Source: Candidatus Doudnabacteria bacterium (GTDB lineage: Bacteria > Patescibacteriota > Doudnabacteria > UBA920). Taken from it: DNA of 57,139 nt. The notes under the pieces were generated by a model. The model was not told the origin of the DNA, searched no databases, and saw only the letters and a list, made by a program, of their open reading frames with translations. The stretch lies in contig JACRDK010000022.1 of NCBI GenBank assembly GCA_016218585.1, positions 1-57,139 on the forward strand. Direction: 5' to 3'. Shown here piece by piece: positions 18,896 through 29,070 of the stretch. Position numbers and translations under genes: made by a program. The stretch's first letter is position 1, and every line of letters starts with the position of its first letter.

Positions 18896-21745
18896 ATGAA
18901 AGATATTATATCTATCCGGGGAGCCCGGCAGCACAATTTAAAGAATTTGGACGTGGATTTGCCCAGGAATAAGCTGGTTGTTTTAACCGGTTTGTCCGGT
19001 AGCGGCAAATCTTCTTTAGCTTTTGATACTATTTATGCCGAAGGCCAAAGGCGTTATGTGGAATCTCTTTCCGCTTACGCCAGGCAATTTATTGGCCTTA
19101 TGGATAAACCGGACGTGGACAAAATTGAAGGATTGTCTCCGGCAATTTCCATTGACCAAAAAAGCGCCAGCCATAACCCTCGTTCTACTGTCGGTACCGT
19201 AACCGAAATTTATGATTATATGAGGCTGCTTTGGGCGCGCATTGGCATTCCGCACTGTCCTGTTTGCGGCAAAAAAATTCAAGGGCAAACTATCCACTCT
19301 ATGGTTGAGCAATTGTTGGCTCTAAAACCGGGAACAAAAATAATTTTATTAGCGCCGTTTATTAAAGATCAAAAAGGGGAACATAAAGTTATTTTTGAAC
19401 AGATTAAAAAAGCCGGCTTTGCCCGCGTGCGCGTGGACGGAACGGTAATGGATTTAAACGAGGCGCAGAATTTAAATTTAGACAAACAGAAAAAGCATAA
19501 AATAGATGTTGTGGTAGACCGTTTGGTTGTATCCGTGGAAGACAAAGGCCGTTTGTCCGAAAGCTTGGAAAAAGCTCTGGATTTGGGCGATGGTTTGGCG
19601 TTTGCTTTAAAAATGGAAGGCGACAAGCCCGGCAGCGAAATTTTGTTGTCGCAAAAATTTGCCTGCCCGGACGGCCATATGCAGTTGTCGGAATTAGACC
19701 CAAGAGATTTTTCTTTCAACAGCCCGCACGGCGCTTGCCCGGAATGTAAAGGTTTGGGCAACAAGCTTACAGTGGAGCCGGATTTGGTAATCCCAAATCC
19801 GCGATTAACTTTGGCCGAAGGCGCGGTGCGCCCCTGGAGCAAAACCACTTCCCGTTTGTCCTGGTATGGCAGAATTATGCAGGCTGTGGCCAAAGAGTAT
19901 GGTTTTTCCATTAACACGCCAATAAAAGATTTACCGAAAAAATATTTGGACGTAATTTTATTCGGCACAGGCGACAAGAAAGTTAAAGTTTCCGGAGAGT
20001 TTGCCAGCCGCGAAGGCGAATTTGAAATGATGACTGTATTTGAAGGGGTTATTCCGAATTTGGAACGCCGCTATAAGGAAACCGATTCTGAATATATGCG
20101 CGGTGAAATAGAAAACTATATGCGCATTCGCCAGTGTCCTTCCTGCAACGGCAAGCGTTTAAAACCGGAAGTTTTAGGCGTAACTGTTGGCGGCAAGGGA
20201 ATTGTTGATATTTCAGGAACTAACATTGAAGCCGCGGAAAAGTTTTTTAAAGATCTTGGAAAAGGCCTAAACGCAAAAGATATGGCTATTGCCAGGCAGG
20301 TGCTAAAGGAAATTAGCGCCAGGTTGCAATTTTTGCTAAATGTCGGGTTGTCCTATTTGTCATTGGACCGCGCTGCCGACACCTTGTCCGGCGGAGAAGC
20401 GCAGCGCATCCGTTTGGCCACGCAAATCGGCAGCGGCCTTACCGGCGTTCTCTATATTTTAGATGAACCGTCTATTGGATTGCATCAGCGCGATAACACC
20501 AGGCTTTTACAGACATTAAAAGATCTGCGCGATTTGGGCAACACTGTAATTGTGGTTGAGCACGATGAAGAAACCATTCGCGAAGCCGACTGGGTGGTGG
20601 ACATCGGTCCCGGAGCAGGGAAGCATGGCGGCGAATTGGTAGCCGAAGGAACCCCGGCGCAAGTGCAAAAAAATCCCAAGAGCTTAACCGGACAATATTT
20701 GTCCGGCAAGGAATTTATTGAAGTTCCCAACAAAAGAAGAAACGGCAACGGCCGAAAAATTTCCATTGTTGGCGCGGAAGAGTTCAATTTAAAAAATGTT
20801 AATGTTGATATCCCGTTGGGTAAATTTGTTTGCGTCACCGGCGTGTCCGGGAGCGGCAAGTCTACGCTTTTTCACGACATTTTGGCCCGTGCTTTATACA
20901 AGTATTTTTATAACAGCAAAGATGAGCCAGGCCAGCACAAGAAAATTTTAGGAATTGAGCATATTGATAAAATTATTAATATTGACCAAAGCCCAATTGG
21001 CCGAACTCCGCGCAGCAATCCGGCAACTTACACCGGATTATTTACCCCGATTCGGGATTTGTTTGCCGAAACCAAAGAAGCTAAAATGCGCGGTTATAAA
21101 GCGGGCAGATTTAGCTTTAACGTTAAAGGCGGCCGTTGTGAAAAATGCGCCGGCGACGGGGTAATTAAAGTAGAAATGAATTTCCTGCCCGATGTCTACA
21201 TTACCTGTGAAGAATGCGGCGGCAAACGCTACAACGCGCAGGCTTTGGAAATCCACTATAAAGACAAAACTATTTCCGATGTTTTGGAAATGACTGTGGA
21301 CGAGGCAAAAACTTTTTTTGCCAGCTTGCCGATGATCTATAAAAAATTGGAAACTTTGAGCCAGGTAGGTTTAGGCTATATGCGCTTAGGGCAAAACGCC
21401 ACTACTCTTTCCGGCGGAGAGGCTCAGCGCATAAAGCTTGCCACGGAATTGTCCCGCGCTTCCACCGGGCGCACTTTATATTTGCTGGATGAACCGACTA
21501 CCGGTTTGCACTTTGCCGATGTAAAGCGTTTAGTTCAGGTTTTAAACAAGCTCGTGGACAAAGGCAATACCGTAGTGGTTATTGAGCATAACCTGGATAT
21601 GATAAAAACCGCCGATTGGATTATTGATTTGGGGCCGGAAGGCGGCGACAAGGGCGGAGAAGTAGTTGCGGTTGGAACCCCGGAAGATGTGGTAAAAGTT
21701 AAAAAGAGCTATACCGGACAATATTTAAAAACAATCTTAAAGTAA
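18896..21745 (+). CDS. uvrA: Excinuclease ABC subunit A
   Basis: 'GARQHNLKN', two ABC cassettes (GLSGSGKSS; GVSGSGKST; LSGGEAQRI), Zn fingers. Confidence 0.99.
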   Translation: MKDIISIRGARQHNLKNLDVDLPRNKLVVLTGLSGSGKSSLAFDTIYAEGQRRYVESLSAYARQFIGLMDKPDVDKIEGLSPAISIDQKSASHNPRSTVGTVTEIYDYMRLLWARIGIPHCPVCGKKIQGQTIHSMVEQLLALKPGTKIILLAPFIKDQKGEHKVIFEQIKKAGFARVRVDGTVMDLNEAQNLNLDKQKKHKIDVVVDRLVVSVEDKGRLSESLEKALDLGDGLAFALKMEGDKPGSEILLSQKFACPDGHMQLSELDPRDFSFNSPHGACPECKGLGNKLTVEPDLVIPNPRLTLAEGAVRPWSKTTSRLSWYGRIMQAVAKEYGFSINTPIKDLPKKYLDVILFGTGDKKVKVSGEFASREGEFEMMTVFEGVIPNLERRYKETDSEYMRGEIENYMRIRQCPSCNGKRLKPEVLGVTVGGKGIVDISGTNIEAAEKFFKDLGKGLNAKDMAIARQVLKEISARLQFLLNVGLSYLSLDRAADTLSGGEAQRIRLATQIGSGLTGVLYILDEPSIGLHQRDNTRLLQTLKDLRDLGNTVIVVEHDEETIREADWVVDIGPGAGKHGGELVAEGTPAQVQKNPKSLTGQYLSGKEFIEVPNKRRNGNGRKISIVGAEEFNLKNVNVDIPLGKFVCVTGVSGSGKSTLFHDILARALYKYFYNSKDEPGQHKKILGIEHIDKIINIDQSPIGRTPRSNPATYTGLFTPIRDLFAETKEAKMRGYKAGRFSFNVKGGRCEKCAGDGVIKVEMNFLPDVYITCEECGGKRYNAQALEIHYKDKTISDVLEMTVDEAKTFFASLPMIYKKLETLSQVGLGYMRLGQNATTLSGGEAQRIKLATELSRASTGRTLYLLDEPTTGLHFADVKRLVQVLNKLVDKGNTVVVIEHNLDMIKTADWIIDLGPEGGDKGGEVVAVGTPEDVVKVKKSYTGQYLKTILK

Positions 21746-21751
21746 ATTCAG

Positions 21752-21906
21752 GCGTGATCCAATAACCCTACTGGTGTCATCCCGGCCTCCGAGCCGGGAT
21801 CCAGTATTTAAGCCAAGTTCTGGATCCCGGATATCCCGACCTGCCTACCGGACAGGCGGGTAAATCGGGATTCCGGGATGACACAGTTAGGTTATTTGAC
21901 TCACGT
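21752..21906. repeat. Nested REP/MITE-like palindromic element
   Basis: Outer gcgtga..aataacc / ggttatt..tcacgt; GTGTCATCCCGG...CCGGGATGACAC; inner TCCCGA..TCGGGA; innermost CCTGCCTACCGGACAGGCGGG. Confidence 0.75.
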
Positions 21907-22054
21907 AACTTCACTGTTGACTAAACCGGCAATTTTTGGTAGAATATCAGCACGCTCAGTTAAGTGTAAATTGGAAAAGTTTCAGAGTTTGCTGCTATGA
22001 AATTTTCCCCGCACTTTAGTACTTAAATCTTAAATCTAAATTTTATATAGCCTT

Positions 22055-22438
22055 ATGTTAACTATTCGTTTGCAGAGAACCGGAAAAAGAAACCAAGCTG
22101 ATTTTAGAATCGTCTTGGCTGAAAAAGAATCTCCGGTACAGAAAAAGTTTGCCGAAATTTTGGGCAGCTATAATCCGCGCAGAAAAACTTTTCAGGTAAA
22201 AGAAGAACGCGTAAAATATTGGCTAAGCCAAAGAGTTGAGCTTAGCGAAACCGTTCATAATTTGTTTGTTACTAAAGGTTTGGTAGACGCTAAGAAGGTT
22301 AAAGCTTTTAACATTCCAAAAAAACCGGTTGAAGCCGCTGCTCCGGCAGCTCCGGCAGCCGCTACTGAAACCCCGGCCGAAGCAGTTGAAGCCCAGGTAG
22401 AGATGGAAGAAAAGATAGAAAATCCTCCGGCAGCCTAA
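22055..22438 (+). CDS. rpsP: 30S ribosomal protein S16
   Basis: 'MLTIRLQRTGKRNQADFRIVLAE...EILGSYNP...YWLSQ...SETV'. Confidence 0.97.
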   Translation: MLTIRLQRTGKRNQADFRIVLAEKESPVQKKFAEILGSYNPRRKTFQVKEERVKYWLSQRVELSETVHNLFVTKGLVDAKKVKAFNIPKKPVEAAAPAAPAAATETPAEAVEAQVEMEEKIENPPAA

Positions 22439-22450
22439 ATTTAGCAGTTA

Positions 22451-22481
22451 AAAAAATCCCGACTAGTAGTCGGGATTTTTT
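22451..22481 (+). terminator. Rho-independent terminator
   Basis: aaaaaatcccgact-agt-agtcgggatttttt. Confidence 0.8.
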
Positions 22482-22580
22482 GTTGACACTCATATATTCA
22501 TAGATTATAATATTCCAAGATAGCAAAGCTAAGTAATGAAAGGTCGAAGCAGAATTACGCTATCCAGAAATAGTACCATT

Positions 22581-22925
22581 ATGGAGCAAGATCAAGAATT
22601 CGTAGAATACATTGTCAAAGCGTTGGTTGATCATCCAGCAGATGTTAAAACCGAACGCGTTGTTGACGAAATGGGAGTATTAATTACTCTTCATTTGAAC
22701 CCGGAAGACATGGGTCAGGTTATTGGCCGCATGGGCCAGACCGCCAAAGCCATCCGCACCCTGCTTAGAGTTGTCGGCGCCAAGCGCAAAGCTCGCGTCA
22801 ACTTGAAAATCTATGAACCAGAAGGTTCTCACCGCAGAACTGAACGCCACGAAAGCGGCGATCACAGCAGCCAAATGGAAATGAGCCACGACTCCGGCGA
22901 TTCCATTGATGAATTCAAACTATAA
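22581..22925 (+). CDS. khpA: KH-domain RNA-binding protein KhpA
   Basis: 'FVEYIVKALVDHP', 'DMGQVIGRMGQTAKAIRTLL'; position after rpsP. Confidence 0.93.
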   Translation: MEQDQEFVEYIVKALVDHPADVKTERVVDEMGVLITLHLNPEDMGQVIGRMGQTAKAIRTLLRVVGAKRKARVNLKIYEPEGSHRRTERHESGDHSSQMEMSHDSGDSIDEFKL

Positions 22926-23032
22926 ACGCGGAACTTGCGCGGACATTAACGCAGGATTCGCCGAACAGTTAAGATTAAAATAACCCCTTTAGCTCTTACG
23001 CTTTTGGGGTTATTTTGTTAGAATAAGAGCGT

Positions 23033-23356
23033 ATGAATGAGAATGAATCAAAATTTAATCCGGGTTATGAATATATGGCAGACTCGGAAATTCGTGCGCT
23101 GCAAATTTGTCTGGATAGCTGTTGGTCCGGAAGGAGCCAAGAAGAAAGAGATGAGGCCAGAGTTAAATTCCCGGAATTAATTAAGAGTGCTGTGAGTTCG
23201 TGTAAAAGCAATCCGGTACGCAAAGAAATGCTCACTCAGTTTTTAGATACTAACATAGCTATAAATTATGCCGGCGGTGTGGGAAAAGATCTAAATAACC
23301 CAATTATAAAAGCGATTGCCCAAGCAAATAATGAGTTAAATAAGAAGAACCTGTAA
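23033..23356 (+). CDS. Orphan hypothetical protein in the slot usually held by rimM
   Basis: 107-aa ORF; TGTTAGAAT -10 just upstream (near-leaderless); no RimM motifs. Confidence 0.6.
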   Translation: MNENESKFNPGYEYMADSEIRALQICLDSCWSGRSQEERDEARVKFPELIKSAVSSCKSNPVRKEMLTQFLDTNIAINYAGGVGKDLNNPIIKAIAQANNELNKKNL

Positions 23357-23366
23357 TTTTGTACAA

Positions 23367-24107
23367 ATGAAAAAACCTAAAAAATTATCTGTAAAAGTTA
23401 TTACATTATTTCCACAATTCATTGAAAATTTTGTGGAAAGTTTTGGTATTTTAAAGCGGGCTATTAAATTAAAGCTGCTAGATTTTAAACCAGTTTATTT
23501 GCGGCAGTTTGGCTTGGGAGAAAGACAGGTTGTAGACGACCGTCCTTACGGCGGGGGAGTTGGAATGGTTTTACGGGCAGATGTCCTATATAAAGCCATT
23601 CTTAGTATTAAGAAGAAAGAATTGAGAATCAAGCAGAAAACAAGGATTATTCTACTCACCCCGCAAGGAAAACAGTTTAAACAAGCTGATGCTCATAGGC
23701 TTTCTAAGTATGACAGCTTAATTTTTGTCTGTGGACGCTATGAGGGTTTTGATGAAAGGGTAAGGGGTTTTGTGGACGAAGAGTTGTCCATTGGCGATTA
23801 TATCCTAATGGGCGGGGAACTGCCGGCTTTAGTAATAAGTGAGGCGGTAATGCGCTTAAGGCCGGGCATTTTGGGCAAAGATGAATCTACAGTTGCGGAA
23901 TCATTTTCGGAGAATTTATTAGAGTATCCTCAGTACACAAAGCCTGAAACTTTAAGAATTAAGAATAATGAATCAAGAATTAAGGTGTTAAAAGTGCCTA
24001 AGGTTTTGTTAACAGGGCATCATAAAAATATTGAGCAGTGGCGCAAGGATGAATCTATAAAACGAACAAAGAAGAGAAGGCCGGACTTATTAATTGACCA
24101 GAATTAA
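23367..24107 (+). CDS. trmD: tRNA (guanine-N1)-methyltransferase
   Basis: 'VDDRPYGGGVGMVL', 'CGRYEGFDERV', 'SIGDYILMGGE', 'LLEYPQYTKP'. Confidence 0.98.
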   Translation: MKKPKKLSVKVITLFPQFIENFVESFGILKRAIKLKLLDFKPVYLRQFGLGERQVVDDRPYGGGVGMVLRADVLYKAILSIKKKELRIKQKTRIILLTPQGKQFKQADAHRLSKYDSLIFVCGRYEGFDERVRGFVDEELSIGDYILMGGELPALVISEAVMRLRPGILGKDESTVAESFSENLLEYPQYTKPETLRIKNNESRIKVLKVPKVLLTGHHKNIEQWRKDESIKRTKKRRPDLLIDQN

Positions 24108-24135
24108 ATAAAATTGATCAACATTGAGCAAAATT

Positions 24136-25086
24136 ATGGAGCATCAATTTAAAGTTGAACAGTTGAAGACCCGTTTGGACAAATATTTGGCCGAGCAGTT
24201 GGCTGGCGTGTCGCGCAGCCAGATTCAGCGCGACATTGAGGCCGGGTTGGTTTTGGTAAACGGCAAAAAAGTTTCGGAGTCAAAGTTTGTTGTAAGGTTA
24301 AATGACATAGTTAAGTATCAAGAATCAGGAATTAAGGATCAGGAAAACATAATTCAGGCAACTAACACGCCGCTTAAGGTTTTATATAACAATCATGGAC
24401 TTATTATTATAGACAAGCCGGCGGGAATGGTGGTTCATCCCGGCGCTGGCTTTAAAGGCGAAACTTTAGCCTCCGCCTTGTTGTATGAGTTTAAAGATAT
24501 TCATTTAGTGGGCGAGGAACATCGTCCAGGAATAGTGCATCGGTTGGACAAAGATACCAGCGGCGTGATTTTGGTTGCCGCTAACAGTGATATGTATGAG
24601 CATTTAAAAAATGCTTTTGCCGAGAGAAAAGTTAAGAAAGAATATATTGCCCTGGTCTGGGGGAGAGTGGAAAAACAACAGGGGGTTATTGATGCGCCCA
24701 TAGGCAAAAGTAAGACTGATTTTAGAAAAATGGCAGCCAAAGAGCCGGTAGATGCTAAAGAGGCTTTGACCGAGTATAAAGTCCTGGAATATCTTAAAAA
24801 CCCCTCTACCCTTGACGAATACACCCTAATTAGGGTAAAATTACACACAGGCAGAACTCATCAGATTCGGGTGCATATGTCTTATATAGGGCATCCGCTT
24901 TTGGGAGACTCGCTTTACGGCGGGAAAAGAGCCAATTTTAAAGGCCTAAACAGGCAATTTTTACACGCAAAGAAGATAGAAGTTCGGCTGCCGGACGGCA
25001 CTTGGATAGAGGCAGAGAGCGAATTAGCCGAAGATTTAAAAGATATATTGATTAATTTAAACAGCAAGGTAGTAACAAGTTTATAA
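24136..25086 (+). CDS. rluD: RluA/RluD-family pseudouridine synthase with S4 domain
   Basis: 'RLDKYL', 'DKPAGMVVHP', 'GIVHRLDKDTSG', 'TGRTHQIRVH', 'GHPLLGDSLYG'. Confidence 0.93.
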   Translation: MEHQFKVEQLKTRLDKYLAEQLAGVSRSQIQRDIEAGLVLVNGKKVSESKFVVRLNDIVKYQESGIKDQENIIQATNTPLKVLYNNHGLIIIDKPAGMVVHPGAGFKGETLASALLYEFKDIHLVGEEHRPGIVHRLDKDTSGVILVAANSDMYEHLKNAFAERKVKKEYIALVWGRVEKQQGVIDAPIGKSKTDFRKMAAKEPVDAKEALTEYKVLEYLKNPSTLDEYTLIRVKLHTGRTHQIRVHMSYIGHPLLGDSLYGGKRANFKGLNRQFLHAKKIEVRLPDGTWIEAESELAEDLKDILINLNSKVVTSL

Positions 25087-25089
25087 ACT

Positions 25090-25163
25090 CAAGAATTAGG
25101 AGTTTAGAATCAAGAATTAGGTTTTAGGCCTTTCATGATTCATAATTCCTGATTCATAATTCA
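25090..25163. repeat. AAGAAT(T/C)-family heptamer palindrome upstream of rplS
   Basis: caagaattaggagtttagaatcaagaattagg / ttcatgattcataattcctgattcataattc. Confidence 0.8.
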
Positions 25164-25169
25164 CGACCT

Positions 25170-25520
25170 ATGAAACTCGTAAAAAATATTAGCCAAGCCC
25201 AAATTAAAGAACTTCCTGAATTTAAAGTTGGGGACACTGTTAAAGTTCACCAGCGCATTAAAGAAGGAAGCAAGGAACGCGTACAGATTTTTGAAGGTTT
25301 GGTTATTGCCCGCAAAGGCGGTACCGGCGTGAATGCCACATTTATGGTTAGAAAAATTTCCTATGGCGTTGGCGTCGAAAGAATTTATCCCATTCATTCC
25401 CCGAACATCGTAAAACTGGAAGTTACTAAGCCGGGAAAAGTCTCCAGAGCAAAACTCTACTATGTCAGAGCCCGCCAGGACAGCCAGCCCCGCTTTAGAA
25501 AAAACAAAGCAAAGAAATAA
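25170..25520 (+). CDS. rplS: 50S ribosomal protein L19
   Basis: '[29 protein letters not shown]', '[12 protein letters not shown]', 'RAKLYY'. Confidence 0.98.
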   Translation: MKLVKNISQAQIKELPEFKVGDTVKVHQRIKEGSKERVQIFEGLVIARKGGTGVNATFMVRKISYGVGVERIYPIHSPNIVKLEVTKPGKVSRAKLYYVRARQDSQPRFRKNKAKK

Positions 25521-25589
25521 TTTTGTCATTGACCCTTTGGTTAAAAGCCAGAGGGTTTTTTGTAAGAAGCAAAAAAAAGAGGAGGAGCT

Positions 25590-25850
25590 ATGAGCTCAAT
25601 TCAAGACGTACTGAACCAATTGGAATTTACCGCCAAGCTTTATAGAAAAGCTTTGGAAGGCACGCATCCATATAAGCCGGCCATCGAACTTTATCAGGCG
25701 TTTTTGGAGATAAAAGCCAGGGCCGAAAACCAACTTATGTTAGCCGCCGAACGGGGCGAGAGCGTGTTGATGCAGAGGTTGTTGCTCATTAGAATTGCCG
25801 ACGAAGTCGGCGGGCTCGAAAGAGCCGCTCAAATCCGCCAAAGCCCATAA
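25590..25850 (+). CDS. Orphan helical protein
   Basis: GAGGAGGAG SD; hairpin aaagcccataa/ttatgggcttt over the stop. Confidence 0.65.
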   Translation: MSSIQDVLNQLEFTAKLYRKALEGTHPYKPAIELYQAFLEIKARAENQLMLAAERGESVLMQRLLLIRIADEVGGLERAAQIRQSP

Positions 25851-26129
25851 AGATGAGAAATTATGGGCTTTGGCAGGAGAATTAAAATGTGGAAAACTCA
25901 CATTTGACTCAATATAATTATAGGGGTAATATAATCAGGAAAGTTATAATTTAAATGAATCAAAAAGACCGACAAAAATACTTTCAGCCCAAGCAAAACA
26001 ATAATCCTTTTTTGAATTTTTATATTTTCTAAACCTCCCCAGTTGGGGAGGTTTTTTGTAAGCACATTTTTGCGCAAAGCATTTTGCCCAAAAATGTGAG
26101 TGCAAAGTTAAAACATCCGGGAGGATAAT

Positions 26130-26450
26130 ATGGACAAAGACACTTTCAATGCCCTGGAAAAGCATTCAGGTCGTTTGATGACCGATTTTCGCAAGGCCGT
26201 ACAGAATTACAAAGAAGCTTTGCTGCAAGGTTCGCAGACAGAGCAGCTGGAAAGAGAGTACTTAGACAGGTGTAGAGACGCCATGTGCTTTCTCACCACT
26301 CCTAGCCTAAAGGGCAATAAGTATCCGCCGCCAACATCTTTTGGCCCGTTAATAGGATACATCCAGGAGACCCAGAGCACGCTGGCGTCTATCGCCGCCA
26401 AGAAAGCCGAAAACCGCTCTGCGGTTTCACTTCAGCCCCTGCCTGCCTGA
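26130..26450 (+). CDS. Orphan hypothetical protein
   Basis: GGGAGGA SD; terminator gaggccgttccga/tcggaacggcctc 26476-26506. Confidence 0.65.
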   Translation: MDKDTFNALEKHSGRLMTDFRKAVQNYKEALLQGSQTEQLEREYLDRCRDAMCFLTTPSLKGNKYPPPTSFGPLIGYIQETQSTLASIAAKKAENRSAVSLQPLPA

Positions 26451-26520
26451 TGTCTCATCGTGTCTGTCAAACAAAGAGGCCGTTCCGATTCACTCGGAAC
26501 GGCCTCACACATTTACAATT

Positions 26521-27102
26521 TTAAATTAACTTTAAAACTTTCCACCAGGCTTCAATATAATCAGCGCGCTTATTTTGATATTTTAGGTAATAAGCATGTT
26601 CCCAAACATCAAGGCCAATTAGGGGGGTGTGGTTTTGCATTAACGGGCAATCTTGGTTGCCGGTGGAATAAACATCTAAACTGCCATCGTTTTTTCGCAC
26701 CAGCCAGGCCCAGCCTGAGCCAAAACGGGAGACGGCCGCTTCATTAAATTTTTTCTTAAATTCATCCATACTTCCAAAAGCAGCAGTTATATCATCAACG
26801 AGTTTTTGGTCAATGGCTTTTTTCGGCCCCATAATATTCCAGAAAAAGGAGTGGTTCCAGTGCCCGCCACCATGGTTTTTTATAGCGGTTTTATCAGCCT
26901 CGGGAATATCCAGTGCATTTAGGCCCTTTAGCAGTTCTTCTAAGGGCTTCTCAGCCAAGTCCGGATGTTTGTCCAGTACGGCGTTAAGTTTGTCTATATA
27001 AGCCTGGTGATGCTTAGTGTAATGGAGTTCCATTGTTTTGGCATCAATATAGGGTTCCAGATCATTATATGAGTAAGGCAAGACAGGTAATGTATATTTC
27101 AT
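26521..27102 (-). CDS. sodA: Superoxide dismutase (Mn/Fe family, Mn-type signature)
   Basis: 'LEPYIDAKTMELHYTKHHQAY', 'NHGGGHWNHSFFW', 'FGSGWAWL', 'NQD', 'DVWEHAYY'. Confidence 0.95.
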   Translation of the reverse strand: MKYTLPVLPYSYNDLEPYIDAKTMELHYTKHHQAYIDKLNAVLDKHPDLAEKPLEELLKGLNALDIPEADKTAIKNHGGGHWNHSFFWNIMGPKKAIDQKLVDDITAAFGSMDEFKKKFNEAAVSRFGSGWAWLVRKNDGSLDVYSTGNQDCPLMQNHTPLIGLDVWEHAYYLKYQNKRADYIEAWWKVLKLI

Positions 27103-27221
27103 ATTTTTCTCCTTTTGAATCAGACCAGGTCAAAAGCCTTAATTCTTGATTCTTAATTCTTGTTTCAAATTTAATTATAAGTATCTTTGACAGGGAGGGC
27201 AACTTATGGTAAGATTGAGCT

Positions 27222-27420
27222 GCTGAAATTTATTGATTAATCTTCCGTAAAAGAAGGCTGAACTGGAACAAACGGCAGCAAAGAGTGTCTTTTTTAAACT
27301 GATTTTTTCTACACGTGCCTATATTCGTTAGAACCAAATCTAAAAGAAAGATTACAGACTAATTCACAAAAATTAGTCGCTTTTGCCGTTCCCAATTTAG
27401 ACCTTACTTTTTGCGGATGT
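27222..27420 (+). ncRNA. Candidate 6S RNA (ssrS-like)
   Basis: TTGACA(27187)-17-TAAGAT promoter; rod-like fold with closing stem 27244-27285/27378-27417, apical stem and a small 3'-side hairpin; directly upstream of rny. Confidence 0.5.
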
Positions 27421-27430
27421 AAGGTATTTT

Positions 27431-28969
27431 ATGATTGCTTTGTATATATTAATAGGAGTTGCCGCCGGCTTGCTGGTTGGCTATTTTGTGCGCCAGTCTT
27501 TGGCTACAAAAAAAATTGGTTCCGCGGAAAGCCGCGCTGAAAAGATATTGGAGGAAGCGAAAACCAGAGAAAAAGAATTGTTGCTTGAAGCCAAGACCCG
27601 CGGAATGGAAATTATTGACCAGGCTAAAAAGCAGGAAGCGGATTTTCGAAACCAGATTGTTCGTTTTGAAGAACGCATTGACCGCCGCGAAAAAGACTTG
27701 GATCAAAAATCCAACGCCTTAGACAGGCAAAAAGCCGAGCTGGAAAGCAAAGGCGAGCAAATTAAGCAGATTCAGGAAGAGATTAAAGAATTGCGCCAGA
27801 AGCAACTGGACAATTTACAAAAAATTGCCGGAATGACCCGCGAGGAGGCGGCTAAGGTTTTGCTTGATAACGCAGAGAAAACTGTAAAAGAAGAAATGAT
27901 TTCCTTGCACAAGAAGTTGGTTGCCCAGGCGCACGAAGATGCGGACAGAGACGCCCGCAATATTGTGGCCCAGGCAATTGAACGCGTGGCTTCCGAAGTT
28001 ACCGCCGAGGTAACCACTACCACCGTGCAAATTCCAAGCGAAGAAATGAAGGGTAGAATTATTGGTAAGGAAGGGCGCAATATTCGCGCTTTTGAACAGA
28101 TGATGGGCGTGGAAATTTTAATCGACGACAGCCCCGATACAGTTGTTATTTCCGGTTTTAATTCCATTCGCCGCCATATTGCCAAAATGACTTTGGAGAA
28201 ATTATTGGCGGACGGACGCATTCATCCGGCAAGAATTGAAGAAGCTTACGAAAAGAGCAAAGCGGAAATTAATGAACAGATTAAACAGGCAGGGGAGCAG
28301 GCGGTTTATGATTTGGGTATTACCAATTTCCCGCCTAAGCTGGTTCACTTAATCGGCAGAATGATGTTTAGAACTTCTTATGGCCAAAATATTTTGCGCC
28401 ACTCAGTGGAAATGGCTAAACTCGGCGCATTAATGGCCGAAGAACTTGGCGCGGATGTTTTAATAACCAAACAAGGCGCGCTGCTTCATGACATTGGCAA
28501 GGCGCTTGACCAGGACTTGGAAGGCAGCCACGTGGAATTAGGCAAAAAAGTTGCGGAAAAATTCGGCCTCGACGCCAGAGTTGTGGAAGCTATTGCCAGC
28601 CACCATGCCGACACTGACGTTTCCGGCAAAGCTGTAGCCGCGCAAAGCATTGAAGCAATTATTGTTGACGCTTGCGATAACATTTCCGGCGCGCGCCCCG
28701 GAGCCCGCAAAGACACTTTGGAAAACTATATTAAGCGCCTTACCGATTTGGAAAATATGGCCAACAGCTTTGAAGGCGTGGAAAAAACTTACGCTATTCA
28801 AGGCGGCCGCGAAATTCGCGTATTTGTAACTCCTTCCAAATTAGACGACCTGGGCTGCCAAAAGCTAGCCCGCGACATTGCCAATAAACTGGAAGCGGAA
28901 TTAAAGTTCCCGGGTGAAATTAAAGTTCATGTTATTAGAGAGACCCGCGTTATAGAATACGCGAGATAA
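27431..28969 (+). CDS. rny: Ribonuclease Y
   Basis: N-terminal TM, coiled coil, KH 'MKGRIIGKEGRNIR', HD 'RTSYGQN..HS..LLHDIGKA', 'YAIQGGREIRV'. Confidence 0.98.
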   Translation: MIALYILIGVAAGLLVGYFVRQSLATKKIGSAESRAEKILEEAKTREKELLLEAKTRGMEIIDQAKKQEADFRNQIVRFEERIDRREKDLDQKSNALDRQKAELESKGEQIKQIQEEIKELRQKQLDNLQKIAGMTREEAAKVLLDNAEKTVKEEMISLHKKLVAQAHEDADRDARNIVAQAIERVASEVTAEVTTTTVQIPSEEMKGRIIGKEGRNIRAFEQMMGVEILIDDSPDTVVISGFNSIRRHIAKMTLEKLLADGRIHPARIEEAYEKSKAEINEQIKQAGEQAVYDLGITNFPPKLVHLIGRMMFRTSYGQNILRHSVEMAKLGALMAEELGADVLITKQGALLHDIGKALDQDLEGSHVELGKKVAEKFGLDARVVEAIASHHADTDVSGKAVAAQSIEAIIVDACDNISGARPGARKDTLENYIKRLTDLENMANSFEGVEKTYAIQGGREIRVFVTPSKLDDLGCQKLARDIANKLEAELKFPGEIKVHVIRETRVIEYAR

Positions 28970-28973
28970 TTAA

Positions 28974-29067
28974 TCGCGGATACGCAGATCCTAAACCGGA
29001 TAGCGCAGATAACTGCAATTGCAGTACTGCAAATCTGTGTTATCAGCGTCAATCCGCGCATCTGTGA
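28974..29067. repeat. CGC(G/A)GAT-family tandem-unit palindrome
   Basis: cgcggat, cgcagat, ccggat, cgcagat / atctgtg, atcagcg, atccgcg, atctgtg; central actgca..tgcagt. Confidence 0.85.
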
Positions 29068-29070
29068 TTT

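Noticed and set aside
22539-22549. AAAGGTCG motif in the khpA leader (similar AGGTCGG upstream of rnj) as an alternative ribosome-binding signal
   Set aside because: Only about two occurrences noticed, at inconsistent distances from start codons.
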